From: a virus
Taxonomy: Duplodnaviria > Caudoviricetes
Length of the DNA: 26,809 nucleotides
Virus record (IMG/VR): IMGVR_UViG_3300027991_000005
Location: 1 to 26,809 of that record
Direction: 5' to 3' (one strand)
The position numbers and the translations under genes are program-made. Below the pieces are notes generated by a model, which saw only the letters and a list, made by a program, of their open reading frames with translations, was not told the origin of the DNA and searched no databases. Positions 9,257-17,820 of this stretch are shown one piece after another; the stretch's first letter is position 1, and the number at the start of each line of letters is the position of its first letter.

Positions 9257-9279
9257 GCCGGCGTCGTCCGACGCTGGCG
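9257..9279. promoter_or_regulatory. 23-bp quasi-palindrome upstream of the capsid RBS (copy 1)
   Basis: GCCGGCGTCGTCCGACGCTGGCG, identical to 10404-10426. Confidence 0.7.
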
Positions 9280-9316
9280 AGTGCCGCTGCCCAGGCGGCG
9301 TTTTACTAAGGCGTTG

Positions 9317-10384
9317 CTAGAGCAGGTCCATCAGGAGAGACACCGCGTCCTTTTCGGACCCGGTTCGCCGGAGTGTCGCCATCTTCTGCTGCCGCCGCTG
9401 GGCCGCAGCACTGTCACTCCGCTGCCGTGGGGCACCGGGTGGCTGTACTGGGGCTGCGGGTGGTGGCGTGCGCTTGGTTTCGGCCGCGCGGCGGGCTTCG
9501 GCAGCCCGATCGGCCAACATGGCTTTGTGCGCCACGAGAATGACCCGGTGGTCGATCACCTGGCCGATCTCCTGTTCGCTAAAGCCATGCTTCTGCAACC
9601 ATTGCCGCATGTCACTGGCAAGCCGCGGCCCTTTTTCGGCGTGCCCAAACTCGGGCATCACCTCGATCAGCCGAGCCTCTTCAACCTGCCGCACCTCGTT
9701 CCAGTGCTGGAGTTGCTGCTGCTGGGCCTGCTGCGTGACACGCTGGATCTCGGCCTGAATACCAGCCACCCGACCACGCAGCGCATCGCGCTCCGCGGAC
9801 AGGCGAACATACTCGGCCGGCTGCTCTGCCGCTAATTGTTGCCAATTTATATCGGCAAATTTCTGGGCCTCGGGGGCCGCGACAAAGAGCAGTTGTTGCA
9901 GATTTTGCGCGTAGCTTTGACGCTCCTGCTGTATTTCGCCGATCGTCGCTTGAATAGCTTTGCGATGCTCGGCGATCTCCTCGGTCTTCTGATGAAAAGC
10001 CTTGTCTCGCTCGCTCTCCCGCCGGGCAATGACTGCCTGGGCTTCGGGTGGGAGCTGCTGGAACACTGCCTTGTCGTCAAGAGACCAACTCGTGGGCGGC
10101 TCAACCCTCTGATGATCGGTCTCGGCGTCCTCATCGCCGCTGACCGGTTCGGTGGTTTGGTCGTCCTCATCATCGCTGGGGACCGGCTCTTCCTCCGGTC
10201 CAGCATCCGGAGCCTGTTCGGGCTCGGGCTCGGGGGCCGCGGGCGAGCCCGGCGGCGGTGTCTGTTGCGCGCGGCGCGGGCGCGGATCGAGCAAGCCCTC
10301 GATCGCTGCCACTGCCTGGCTTTCGGATAGCTCGGTGGGCGCGTCTGCGCCATTGCTCAGCGGCGCGCCGCCTGCATCACTCAT
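9317..10384 (-). CDS. capsid scaffolding protein
   Basis: Acidic/Pro-rich N-terminus, PPTSWS...LPPEAQ, coiled coil, INWQQL, C-terminal TGSEKDAVSLL; directly upstream of the capsid gene. Confidence 0.85.
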   Translation of the reverse strand: MSDAGGAPLSNGADAPTELSESQAVAAIEGLLDPRPRRAQQTPPPGSPAAPEPEPEQAPDAGPEEEPVPSDDEDDQTTEPVSGDEDAETDHQRVEPPTSWSLDDKAVFQQLPPEAQAVIARRESERDKAFHQKTEEIAEHRKAIQATIGEIQQERQSYAQNLQQLLFVAAPEAQKFADINWQQLAAEQPAEYVRLSAERDALRGRVAGIQAEIQRVTQQAQQQQLQHWNEVRQVEEARLIEVMPEFGHAEKGPRLASDMRQWLQKHGFSEQEIGQVIDHRVILVAHKAMLADRAAEARRAAETKRTPPPAAPVQPPGAPRQRSDSAAAQRRQQKMATLRRTGSEKDAVSLLMDLL

Positions 10385-10403
10385 CTGTCCATCTCAGGGC
10401 TGG

Positions 10404-10426
10404 GCCGGCGTCGTCCGACGCTGGCG
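10404..10426. promoter_or_regulatory. 23-bp quasi-palindrome upstream of the scaffold RBS (copy 2)
   Basis: Identical to 9257-9279. Confidence 0.7.
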
Positions 10427-10428
10427 GG

Positions 10429-10614
10429 TTACGGTGTTGCCTGCTTACGCGGTCGCTTGGTGACGGCGAGCGCGTACTGCGCGCGCTCCAGGGTCCGCTG
10501 TTGCACCAGACCGCTCTCGACCTCGCGCACCAGATCCGCAAGCGCGGTTCGGATCAGTTCCTTGTTCGACAGGCCGCTGGTGTTGCCGAGGACGGCGTCG
10601 AGTTCAGGCAGCAT
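10429..10614 (-). CDS. small hypothetical protein
   Basis: 61-aa ORF overlapping the upstream stop; helical with a basic tail. Confidence 0.6.
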   Translation of the reverse strand: MLPELDAVLGNTSGLSNKELIRTALADLVREVESGLVQQRTLERAQYALAVTKRPRKQATP

Positions 10615-10942
10615 CCTGTCTCAAGGCTCGCTCACGCGCCTCGATGGCGCGGGCGTCCCCCAGCATCAACCTGAGTTCGTCGCGGAACAGCTCGCTAGCC
10701 CAATAGAGCCGGTACGCCGCCTCTCTGGCCTCGCCCTCACCGGGCGCGGTGTTGCGCCAGCTTTCGATCAATTTCTGTTGCACCCGGTCGAGCGCGGCGT
10801 GCAGTACCGGGTCGTCGAGCAACCGGCGGGCATTCTCGCCAAGCTGCATCTTGTCCTCGGGCGCCGGTTGGGTCGATCGCCAGCGCGGTGGCGGCATGTC
10901 CCAGTACTCGCCAAGCGTCTTGGCAAAAGCGCGAAATTTCAC
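10604..10942 (-). CDS. conserved head-module protein (between portal and scaffold)
   Basis: ARRLLDDPVL...WRNT...REAAY pattern typical of this locus. Confidence 0.75.
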   Translation of the reverse strand: MKFRAFAKTLGEYWDMPPPRWRSTQPAPEDKMQLGENARRLLDDPVLHAALDRVQQKLIESWRNTAPGEGEAREAAYRLYWASELFRDELRLMLGDARAIEARERALRQDAA

Positions 10943-10989
10943 GAGGCGCTCATCTGTGCTAAAAATCTCCCCAGAGGAGAGCGTTAGTC

Positions 10990-11181
10990 ATGGTCGAAGC
11001 AGAGCTAGAGCGCGTCATCGCCGCGCTGGTCGACGATCGATACGCTGCCGCGGAAGGTTCGGCGCGGCGCCGTATGATCGAGCGCCAACTGCAGGGGTTG
11101 CGCTACACTTACGAGGGGGCTGGCGGCATCATCGAGGACACCGACCCGGAGTGGGGGTATTCGATCAAGATCAGTCAGTAG
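10990..11181 (+). CDS. hypothetical protein, antisense to the late operon
   Basis: 63 aa; strong GAGGAG RBS; no credible minus-strand gene here. Confidence 0.6.
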   Translation: MVEAELERVIAALVDDRYAAAEGSARRRMIERQLQGLRYTYEGAGGIIEDTDPEWGYSIKISQ

Positions 11182-11376
11182 CTGCGCCCAACCCAGCCGC
11201 GCCCAGAAGCCCGTACAACGGGATCTCGCCATTAATAATACCGCGTCGCACGATCTCCTCGCGCGGCATGCCGGTCAAGGATTGAACTCTCCCGTCTGCG
11301 GGTTCTGGGTCGCCATCGGCGCCCCCTCATCCCTGGCGCCGCCCAGCGGTTGCTGCAGCCAGTCGAGCACCGCCAT
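11171..11376 (-). pseudogene. probable internally deleted remnant of an internal-virion-type gene (or two micro-ORFs)
   Basis: MAVLDWLQQPLGG...NPQTGEFNP* (11376-11275), then in another frame SLTGMPREEIVRRGIINGEIPLYGLLGAAGLGAATD* (ends 11171). Confidence 0.45.
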
Positions 11377-11380
11377 CAGA

Positions 11381-11794
11381 TCAGAACGGCACCCGGTAGC
11401 GCGCCATAAAGTTCCCCGACCCCGATCCCCTACCCATCGGCATCGCGTACCCGCCCGACAGGTCGATCGGCAGTCCCGGTACGCTGTATTGCAGTTGCAG
11501 GTTTAGCGGCTCGCTGGTTTTCCCGGCTCGTCCGCCCATCGAGTAGCCGCCGCCCGTCAACTCGAGCGGCCAGTCGGCCGGAGACGGCACAGGCATCAAG
11601 TTCAGCGGCGTATTCGGCTGGTTAAGCCGTCCCGATGACCCCCCGGCAAGGTCAAACAAATTAGCCGGAGGAGCCCCTCGCGCACCAGGTTCCGTCCCCG
11701 CCAGATACCGCCGCAGATAGTCACCTTGGTCTTCCGGCCGGTAGGCCGGCTGGCCCGCCAATAGTTGCTGCAACAAAGACAGCGCGTCAGCCAT
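11381..11794 (-). CDS. hypothetical protein with C-terminal amphipathic beta-strands
   Basis: 137 aa; TGATG-coupled to the portal; ends NFMARYRVPF. Confidence 0.75.
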   Translation of the reverse strand: MADALSLLQQLLAGQPAYRPEDQGDYLRRYLAGTEPGARGAPPANLFDLAGGSSGRLNQPNTPLNLMPVPSPADWPLELTGGGYSMGGRAGKTSEPLNLQLQYSVPGLPIDLSGGYAMPMGRGSGSGNFMARYRVPF

Positions 11795-14262
11795 CAGGCG
11801 CTGCCGCCGCCGTTCGGCTCCAGCGGTCGGATGCCCTGCCCGGCGGCATAGGCCCCGGCAGCGTATTTGAGCCGCACCTCCTGCAGCCGCACCTCGTTCT
11901 GTGCCTCCATCTGCGCCCGCGCGATCAAGATGTCGTTGGCACTTTTCTGCCGCTCCAGTTCCATCTCGTGGGCTAAGCGGCGCTCCTCCAGCATCAATTC
12001 GTGCTGCAGTTTCTGCTGCGCCAGCCCCGCCTCCGCTTGGGCCTGCTGCTGCTGTAATTGGGCCTCCAATTGGGCCTTCTGTTGGCTCTGCTGAGCTTCG
12101 GCCTGGGCTTTGAGCTGAAGGGCTTGGATGGCGGCCTGCGCTTTGATCATCGCCGGGTCAGGCTTTTGTGGGCCTCCCGGCGGCGGCGAACCCGGCGGCG
12201 GCGGCATGCTCGGGTCGCTGAAGAAGCTGGTCTTGAACCCGGCATTGGTCGTCAGCTCGTGCAGTGCCGCGTAAACATCCTTGGCGTAGACCAAGGGGCC
12301 GGTCACGCCGCCCTGCTGCTGCACGATCGTCCCCTGGATCTGGATCACCTGCATCAGGTGGGCGAGCACCTGATCGCGATTGCCGGTGCCGAGCCCGACA
12401 CTGACCGTCACCGGCATCTCGTCACGCCACTCGCGCGGGTCGACCGTTAGATAGCCGCCGGTGACCCGGATGATCCGCTCCTGCTGCTGGTTTTTGCGCA
12501 CCAACTCCATGACACCGCGCATCAATTTTTCGACGCCGTGCGCGAAGATCCGGGCAAACAATTCGATACGCTGACCGGCGGCCTGTTGCAGCATCGCGAT
12601 CGAGCTGGCCGCCGTATTGTTCAGCGCGTCGGCGGTGATCATGCTGCCCTCGCGCGCCACGCCGGTGCGCAGTTCGGCCGTCGTGTCGAGGTACTGCACC
12701 AGCGGAAACGTCTTGTCCGCGGTGTAGGGGATCATCATCGGCGAGATACCGCCGAGCCGCTTTGTCCTGACGATGCCGCCGGGGCGCAGGGTTAAGAGAT
12801 CGTCGTAAGTGTTTTCGTTGACGCTGTCGTCGCCGACTTCGATACGCGGCCAGTTGGAGAGGTACGCATTATCGAGCATCTGCCGCATGATGACCGATTT
12901 GACGTACTGCAGATCCATCACCAGGTCCGCCAGGCTCATCCCGACCAACCGGTGGCTCATCGGGATCGGCGTGACGCTGACAAACGGCGCCTCGTCAACG
13001 CAGTCGATACACGGCTCGCCATCGCGGGTCAGGATGACCCGACCGTTGCCGGCCGTCATCACCTTGTAGAGCTCGGTGGTCCGGCCAGCCTTGCCGTCGC
13101 GGCTGAGCTGGACGTAATTCTCTTCGATCCAGAGATGCTCGCCGGCGTCGGTGCGCTCGTATTGCGGCGTATCGTCGTCGAGCCGGTGGCGCTCTACCCG
13201 CTCCTGGTTCCAGTCCAGGCTCTCGTTGGCCGGGATATCCTCCAAAGAGGCCTCGTCGTAGCCCTGCTGGATCAAATCGCTGCGGGTCCAGCGGCGGCGG
13301 TGGCACAGGTAGGGAATATCGTCGCGCTTTGCCCGCCGACTGAACAGGATCTCTTCCGGCGGCACGTTTTCGATAACCGCCCGGCCGTGTTCGCGAGTAA
13401 TCCTGAGAGTAACATCGATCAGCTCGACCGGAGGAGGCGATGGCGGCGACATTGACAGCGGAACAGCGCCTGGAGGCGGCGGAAGGGGCATTCCACGCGG
13501 CGGCGATGATGCTGCTGAACCTGGAAAGCGTGCCGCAGAAATGGCGGAACCGTTTATACCCGGCGCAGTTGGAGTTAGCCCATAATTCGCTAACGGCGGC
13601 ACGGGAGGCCCTAGAGGCGGCATGGGAGGAAGTAGAGGCGGAGGAGGCGGCACCTGCGGCCGATCCATGTTGAACTCGTCAGCGTCCTGGGCGTAACGCC
13701 GGATTTTCACCACCTCGACATCCGCGTCCTGGCCCAACAGCGCGTCGTATTGCTCCTGGGTCAGCCCGGTATAAGTCTTGCTTTCGACAGTTTTCTGGGT
13801 GTTCCACCAATACTTTACCCAGCCTACCTTTTCCAGGAGCGCATCGAACAGCCAGTCATGGAGGATCATAAAGCCGGGGTTGTCGCGGTGAAAAATATGA
13901 TTGAGGTACTCGCTTGCCTGGGCGGCGCGCGCCTCCAGCCCCGGCCGCGGCGGATCGACGATGCAAATCTGATCCGAGGCGGTAAAAATCCGCAAGAGTG
14001 CCGGCAAGGCCCACTCGACAGCCTCCAGGACCGTCTTGAAGACAAGCTGACTGCGGCCCTCGACCTCGTTGCCTAAGGGCTCTCCGGCAAAGTATTTCTG
14101 CGCCTGCAGCCGCTCCTGCGCTAGGCTCCCGCCATCCTGCCCGAGCGCCGCTTGCAATTCCTGCTGGACGACCTGTTTTACTTCGTCTTCGTCCAGCCCG
14201 TCAGGCAGGTCGAGCCCTTGCGCGACGGGCTGCTGGTAGTCGGTGCCGAAATTGCCGATCAT
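11794..14262 (-). CDS. portal protein (P22/SU10-like)
   Basis: ATG at 14262 (TGATG overlap); GRSQLV, DALLEKVGWVK, NVPPEE, RQMLDNAYLSN, VGLGTG motifs; Gln-rich C-terminal coiled coil. Confidence 0.93.
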   Translation of the reverse strand: MIGNFGTDYQQPVAQGLDLPDGLDEDEVKQVVQQELQAALGQDGGSLAQERLQAQKYFAGEPLGNEVEGRSQLVFKTVLEAVEWALPALLRIFTASDQICIVDPPRPGLEARAAQASEYLNHIFHRDNPGFMILHDWLFDALLEKVGWVKYWWNTQKTVESKTYTGLTQEQYDALLGQDADVEVVKIRRYAQDADEFNMDRPQVPPPPPLLPPMPPLGPPVPPLANYGLTPTAPGINGSAISAARFPGSAASSPPRGMPLPPPPGAVPLSMSPPSPPPVELIDVTLRITREHGRAVIENVPPEEILFSRRAKRDDIPYLCHRRRWTRSDLIQQGYDEASLEDIPANESLDWNQERVERHRLDDDTPQYERTDAGEHLWIEENYVQLSRDGKAGRTTELYKVMTAGNGRVILTRDGEPCIDCVDEAPFVSVTPIPMSHRLVGMSLADLVMDLQYVKSVIMRQMLDNAYLSNWPRIEVGDDSVNENTYDDLLTLRPGGIVRTKRLGGISPMMIPYTADKTFPLVQYLDTTAELRTGVAREGSMITADALNNTAASSIAMLQQAAGQRIELFARIFAHGVEKLMRGVMELVRKNQQQERIIRVTGGYLTVDPREWRDEMPVTVSVGLGTGNRDQVLAHLMQVIQIQGTIVQQQGGVTGPLVYAKDVYAALHELTTNAGFKTSFFSDPSMPPPPGSPPPGGPQKPDPAMIKAQAAIQALQLKAQAEAQQSQQKAQLEAQLQQQQAQAEAGLAQQKLQHELMLEERRLAHEMELERQKSANDILIARAQMEAQNEVRLQEVRLKYAAGAYAAGQGIRPLEPNGGGSA

Positions 14263-14390
14263 CAACGAGCCTTCTTGCCCGGCTTCCGCTTGGTTGCCGT
14301 CACTTCGGCCAAATCGTACTTTTTAGCCAGCGCAACCAAACCCTTCTCCAATGCCGTCTTAGGCGGGTGGCCTTTTGGCTTCGCTTTCAT
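14262..14390 (-). CDS. small basic protein (42 aa)
   Basis: Hand translation MKAKPKGHPPKTALEKGLVALAKKYDLAEVTATKRKPGKKAR*; overlaps both neighbours. Confidence 0.65.
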   Translation of the reverse strand: MKAKPKGHPPKTALEKGLVALAKKYDLAEVTATKRKPGKKAR

Positions 14391-14545
14391 CGGGTTGTCG
14401 CCTTCTTGCCAGGCTTCCGTTTGGCGGCGTCGGCCTTGTTAAACTCACGCGCGACGGATTGTGGGATACCGAGCTTTTTAGCAAATGCCGGGTTATGCGC
14501 CGCCGCCGCCATCGTGCGGCGCTGGGCCGGCGATTTTGACGGCAC
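14387..14545 (-). CDS. conserved small basic phage protein (52 aa)
   Basis: Hand translation from GTG: MPSKSPAQRRTMAAAAHNPAFAKKLGIPQSVAREFNKADAAKRKPGKKATTR*; AAAHNPxFAKKxGIPQSVA motif recalled from phage head modules. Confidence 0.8.
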   Translation of the reverse strand: MPSKSPAQRRTMAAAAHNPAFAKKLGIPQSVAREFNKADAAKRKPGKKATTR

Positions 14546-14772
14546 TATGACACCACCCGCCGCCCGGTGCCGCGCCCGTACAATTGGTTCTTCTCCTTGC
14601 GGGCTGCGGCGTGATCCGGCGATGGCCCGAGCAATTCTTCAAGGCTCTCCTCGTGACCGTGAACGAGGCCCGCCAGCTCGGTGCAGCGCTCGCGCAGATT
14701 GTCGACGAGCACCTCCAGACGCGCCACGCGCTCCTGCAGCTCAGTGAACATCACACTGTCACTCTGTGTCAT
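14545..14772 (-). CDS. small coiled-coil hypothetical protein
   Basis: 75 aa; AGGA RBS; LQERVARLE heptads. Confidence 0.7.
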   Translation of the reverse strand: MTQSDSVMFTELQERVARLEVLVDNLRERCTELAGLVHGHEESLEELLGPSPDHAAARKEKNQLYGRGTGRRVVS

Positions 14773-14787
14773 TGATTTTCCTGTGTT

Positions 14788-16104
14788 TTATACGATACCA
14801 AGTTGCGGATAGCGGATCGCCTTCGGCCGCCCGGCCGGGGTCTCGTACGCCACCGCCATGAGCCCCGCAGCGTCGGCCGAATGAGACGCCCAATCATGCT
14901 CGGGTCCCAGTCCAACGTCCCGCACGTCTTCGCTGCGGCGTTCGTGATACCAACCCAAAGCATCGCGCCCCGCCTCGGTCGTGTCGGCATTAAACCAGAG
15001 GCTCGGAAACAACCGCCGCAGCGCTTCGATACGCGCCCGCGCTGCGCCGCGACCCTGGTTGGGGATCACCTCCACATTGAACCCGGCCGCCCGAAAAGCA
15101 CTCTCAAACGACACGTCATAGACCCGGTCATGGGTCGCGCCGTCATGGGGGAGAAAAATCTGCGCCTTGCCCCAACCGCGCTCGCGCAGCCAATCGACAT
15201 GCACGCCAAGGCTCTGCCCGACCGCCTCGTAGTAATCGAGCACCCGCACCTCGCGACCGACAAACTGGCAAACCCACATCGCGAACGCATCGCTGCGGGC
15301 GCCCGTGCCGCCCAAATCGCAATACGCTCGCACCGCCAGCAGCGGGTCCTTTGTGACCCGGCCGATGCGGCCCTCTTGGCTCGCATCCGACAGAAATTTG
15401 GCGTAGTAGGCGCCGGCGTGGGCGATTGCATACTCGCCCTCCCAGATGTGCGGGTACTGCTCCGGCCGCTTCGCCTCGTCCTCGCGGCGGATCTGATCGA
15501 GGGTCGACGGGAACCAGGCGTTGTCGCGCCAGTTCAGTTCGACAATCTTGCTGTTTTCCGGCGGGTTGACGCGAAATCGCTGGTTGGTGGCGCTGGCGCG
15601 CCGCTCGGGGTTCCAGGTCACCCAGATTTCCGCATTCTCCTCGCGGACCGTGGGTATCGCCTTCTGCCACGCCATCTCCGATACCGGCTCGGCCTCGTCG
15701 ACCCACAGAAGGCGTATCCTGGCGGTCGATTTGACGCTCTCGATGTTTCTTCTAAGGCCGACAAAAGAGAAATCGATCCGCCCGTCGCGGGTCCGAATGA
15801 ATTTCTCGCCGATCTCGTAGTTAGCGGCCAGCCACGGCTCGGTCTCGATCGCCTGCTTGACCTCCGCCATGCTGCTTTCGTCGAGGCTGTTCTGGAACTC
15901 GCGGCCGCAGACAATAACCCCGCTTTCCTTCGCCAGGGCACAGCGCAACCCGTGCACCGCCGCCATCTTGGCAAAGGATCTGCTCTTTGCGCTACCGCGA
16001 CCGCCGTATGCCCCACGATACAACGCCTCGCCACTGAACACCGGGATCAGTTTCTCCGGCAGTTCGATCCGCCCCGCGGTCATATTACGCTCACGGACAG
16101 ACAT
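14788..16104 (-). CDS. terL: terminase large subunit (PBSX-type ATPase + RNase H-like nuclease)
   Basis: Walker A GGRGSAKS, Walker B LLWVDEA, TWNP coupling motif, nuclease DLG, PHD, HSADA; alternative ATG at 16083. Confidence 0.95.
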   Translation of the reverse strand: MSVRERNMTAGRIELPEKLIPVFSGEALYRGAYGGRGSAKSRSFAKMAAVHGLRCALAKESGVIVCGREFQNSLDESSMAEVKQAIETEPWLAANYEIGEKFIRTRDGRIDFSFVGLRRNIESVKSTARIRLLWVDEAEPVSEMAWQKAIPTVREENAEIWVTWNPERRASATNQRFRVNPPENSKIVELNWRDNAWFPSTLDQIRREDEAKRPEQYPHIWEGEYAIAHAGAYYAKFLSDASQEGRIGRVTKDPLLAVRAYCDLGGTGARSDAFAMWVCQFVGREVRVLDYYEAVGQSLGVHVDWLRERGWGKAQIFLPHDGATHDRVYDVSFESAFRAAGFNVEVIPNQGRGAARARIEALRRLFPSLWFNADTTEAGRDALGWYHERRSEDVRDVGLGPEHDWASHSADAAGLMAVAYETPAGRPKAIRYPQLGIV

Positions 16105-16918
16105 TCACCACGCCGGCGTTATTCCACAGCGTGCCGGGCGCCGCCCCGGAACAAGACCCCAGCATTACCGGCAGGACAATCCCGGCCGCCTTCACCGTGC
16201 CATCACGCGACACCGCGAAATACTCCGGCGATCCCGGTGTCCCCACCCAAATCGCCCGGTCGTTCGGCGCCGTCCCGATCGCCGCCGCCTTGATGCACAG
16301 CCCGCAGTGCAACCGCGCTGCCGAACCGGCCGCCTCGCCAAAATAAATGCCTCCCGTCACGTTCTGCGTGCCGGCCGGCATCAAGTGCATGATGTATTTC
16401 GATGTCGTCGTGTCGTGGTTGGGCTGATCCAACGCTGCAAAGTTCTCCAGTGACATCTCGGCCGCCAGCGCGTACCCGTCCGACCCAGCGTCCACCCGGC
16501 CGCTGGAAAATAACCCCCAGGCCCGACCCTGCATGTTCGGCGTCATGACCCTGCCCCGCGTGTCCAACCCTACCATGTCAAGGTTCCGCGCCCCGGACGA
16601 GGGATCGCGCGTGTATGTCTGGATCAACAGCCCAGCCCGCTCATACCCCGGCCCCGTCGTCGTCGTCGTCTCCGCACCACCCTGGATGTTTAGGATAAAC
16701 CGATTGCCGCCAGCCCCTGTCGGGTCTTCCAGATTGGCATTGTACCCGCTGTAACTACTGCCCCAGGCGCCCGGATCCGGCAGGATAGAGCCCGGCGGTA
16801 TCGACTTGATGCCCGACACTACCGGGTTCGTCACATTCGACATATTCTGGTACATGTCAGCCACAGCGATAGTGCTGACCAGCGCCAGCACCGTCGCAGC
16901 AGGAAAAACCCGGCGCAT
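16091..16918 (-). CDS. signal-peptide-bearing fibre-like protein
   Basis: ATG at 16918 (TGATG overlap); MRRVFPAATVLALVSTIAVA|D; beta-rich Gly/Ala body; fibre-type C-terminus PGTLWNNAGVVNV. Confidence 0.7.
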   Translation of the reverse strand: MRRVFPAATVLALVSTIAVADMYQNMSNVTNPVVSGIKSIPPGSILPDPGAWGSSYSGYNANLEDPTGAGGNRFILNIQGGAETTTTTGPGYERAGLLIQTYTRDPSSGARNLDMVGLDTRGRVMTPNMQGRAWGLFSSGRVDAGSDGYALAAEMSLENFAALDQPNHDTTTSKYIMHLMPAGTQNVTGGIYFGEAAGSAARLHCGLCIKAAAIGTAPNDRAIWVGTPGSPEYFAVSRDGTVKAAGIVLPVMLGSCSGAAPGTLWNNAGVVNVCP

Positions 16919-17820
16919 CAAAACCCCCAGTACTGGCGCTGATTGCTGGTGAGTGCCGCGCGCTCAGCCGGGGTCAGTGCGTAATTGTCCCAGATGATCA
17001 ACTCAGCCTCGCGGATACTCCCCACACTCGGCCCGATATTGCCGTAAACCCCCGCCGCCGCGCTGCCAGTCAATGTCCCCGTCGTCGCCGTCCCGTCGAG
17101 AAAAGCATAGCTCGACGCACCGTTCAGCGTGCCCTGAAAGGCGTGCCATGCCGCATCCGCCGCCGCCACCGCCAGGCTGCCACCCCCGCCAGTCGCAGCG
17201 TCCCAGACCCACGTGTTCGCCGCGCCGCCGGTATACAGCCGGTTGACATCGCCATTCAGCAACGCAATCCGCCCCACACCCGTCGTCCCGGCGTTGCGGT
17301 TCGCCACCGCCGACAGAGACTGCACACCCGTCGCCGGCGTCACGCTGGCCGACTGCAACGTCATGCCGCTGTTACTAAGCTGCAGGCACGGCTGGCCGCC
17401 GAGGCAATTCGCCACAAAATCCGGCTGCCCAGGCCCAAAGCCCTGCGCAATGTGGCGCGCGTTGCCGCTCTGATCATACCAGGTGTCCATCGTGCAGGTG
17501 GTGGCACTGCAGAACGCACTCGCCGCCGCCACATCCAACGGCGCCCCGGTAAAGCCGGTGAAGCCCAGAAAATTGATGTTCTGGGTGGCGTTGTCGCTGG
17601 CCCGCCGCAATTTGATGCCGGGGCCAGCGTAGCCGCTCTTCAGCTTGCGAAAACTGTACGCACCCGCCGGGCTCGCAAAAGACCCACCGCCATCCAACGG
17701 CGCAATCGCCCCCGCCAGCCGGTGCCCAGCACGCAGCACGTTTGGCCCGGCGTGCATCCGCGCCACCACCGGCGATGCCGCCAGCAGCAGCACCGCCGCA
17801 GTTAGGCCAGCAACCCTCAT
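16918..17820 (-). CDS. signal-peptide-bearing concanavalin/LamG-like protein (GH54 arabinofuranosidase-B catalytic-domain-like N-terminal motifs)
   Basis: MRVAGLTAAVLLLAASPVVA|R; AYSFRKL...YAGP...RRASDNAT...FC...C...WYDQSGN and ELIIWDNYALT. Confidence 0.75.
   Translation of the reverse strand: MRVAGLTAAVLLLAASPVVARMHAGPNVLRAGHRLAGAIAPLDGGGSFASPAGAYSFRKLKSGYAGPGIKLRRASDNATQNINFLGFTGFTGAPLDVAAASAFCSATTCTMDTWYDQSGNARHIAQGFGPGQPDFVANCLGGQPCLQLSNSGMTLQSASVTPATGVQSLSAVANRNAGTTGVGRIALLNGDVNRLYTGGAANTWVWDAATGGGGSLAVAAADAAWHAFQGTLNGASSYAFLDGTATTGTLTGSAAAGVYGNIGPSVGSIREAELIIWDNYALTPAERAALTSNQRQYWGF

Noticed and set aside
14803-16293. 496-aa plus-strand ORF and other long antisense ORFs (306-1112, 1382-2314, 3375-4268, 8391-9140)
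   Set aside because: Shadow frames of well-supported minus-strand genes in GC-rich DNA; no recognisable motifs
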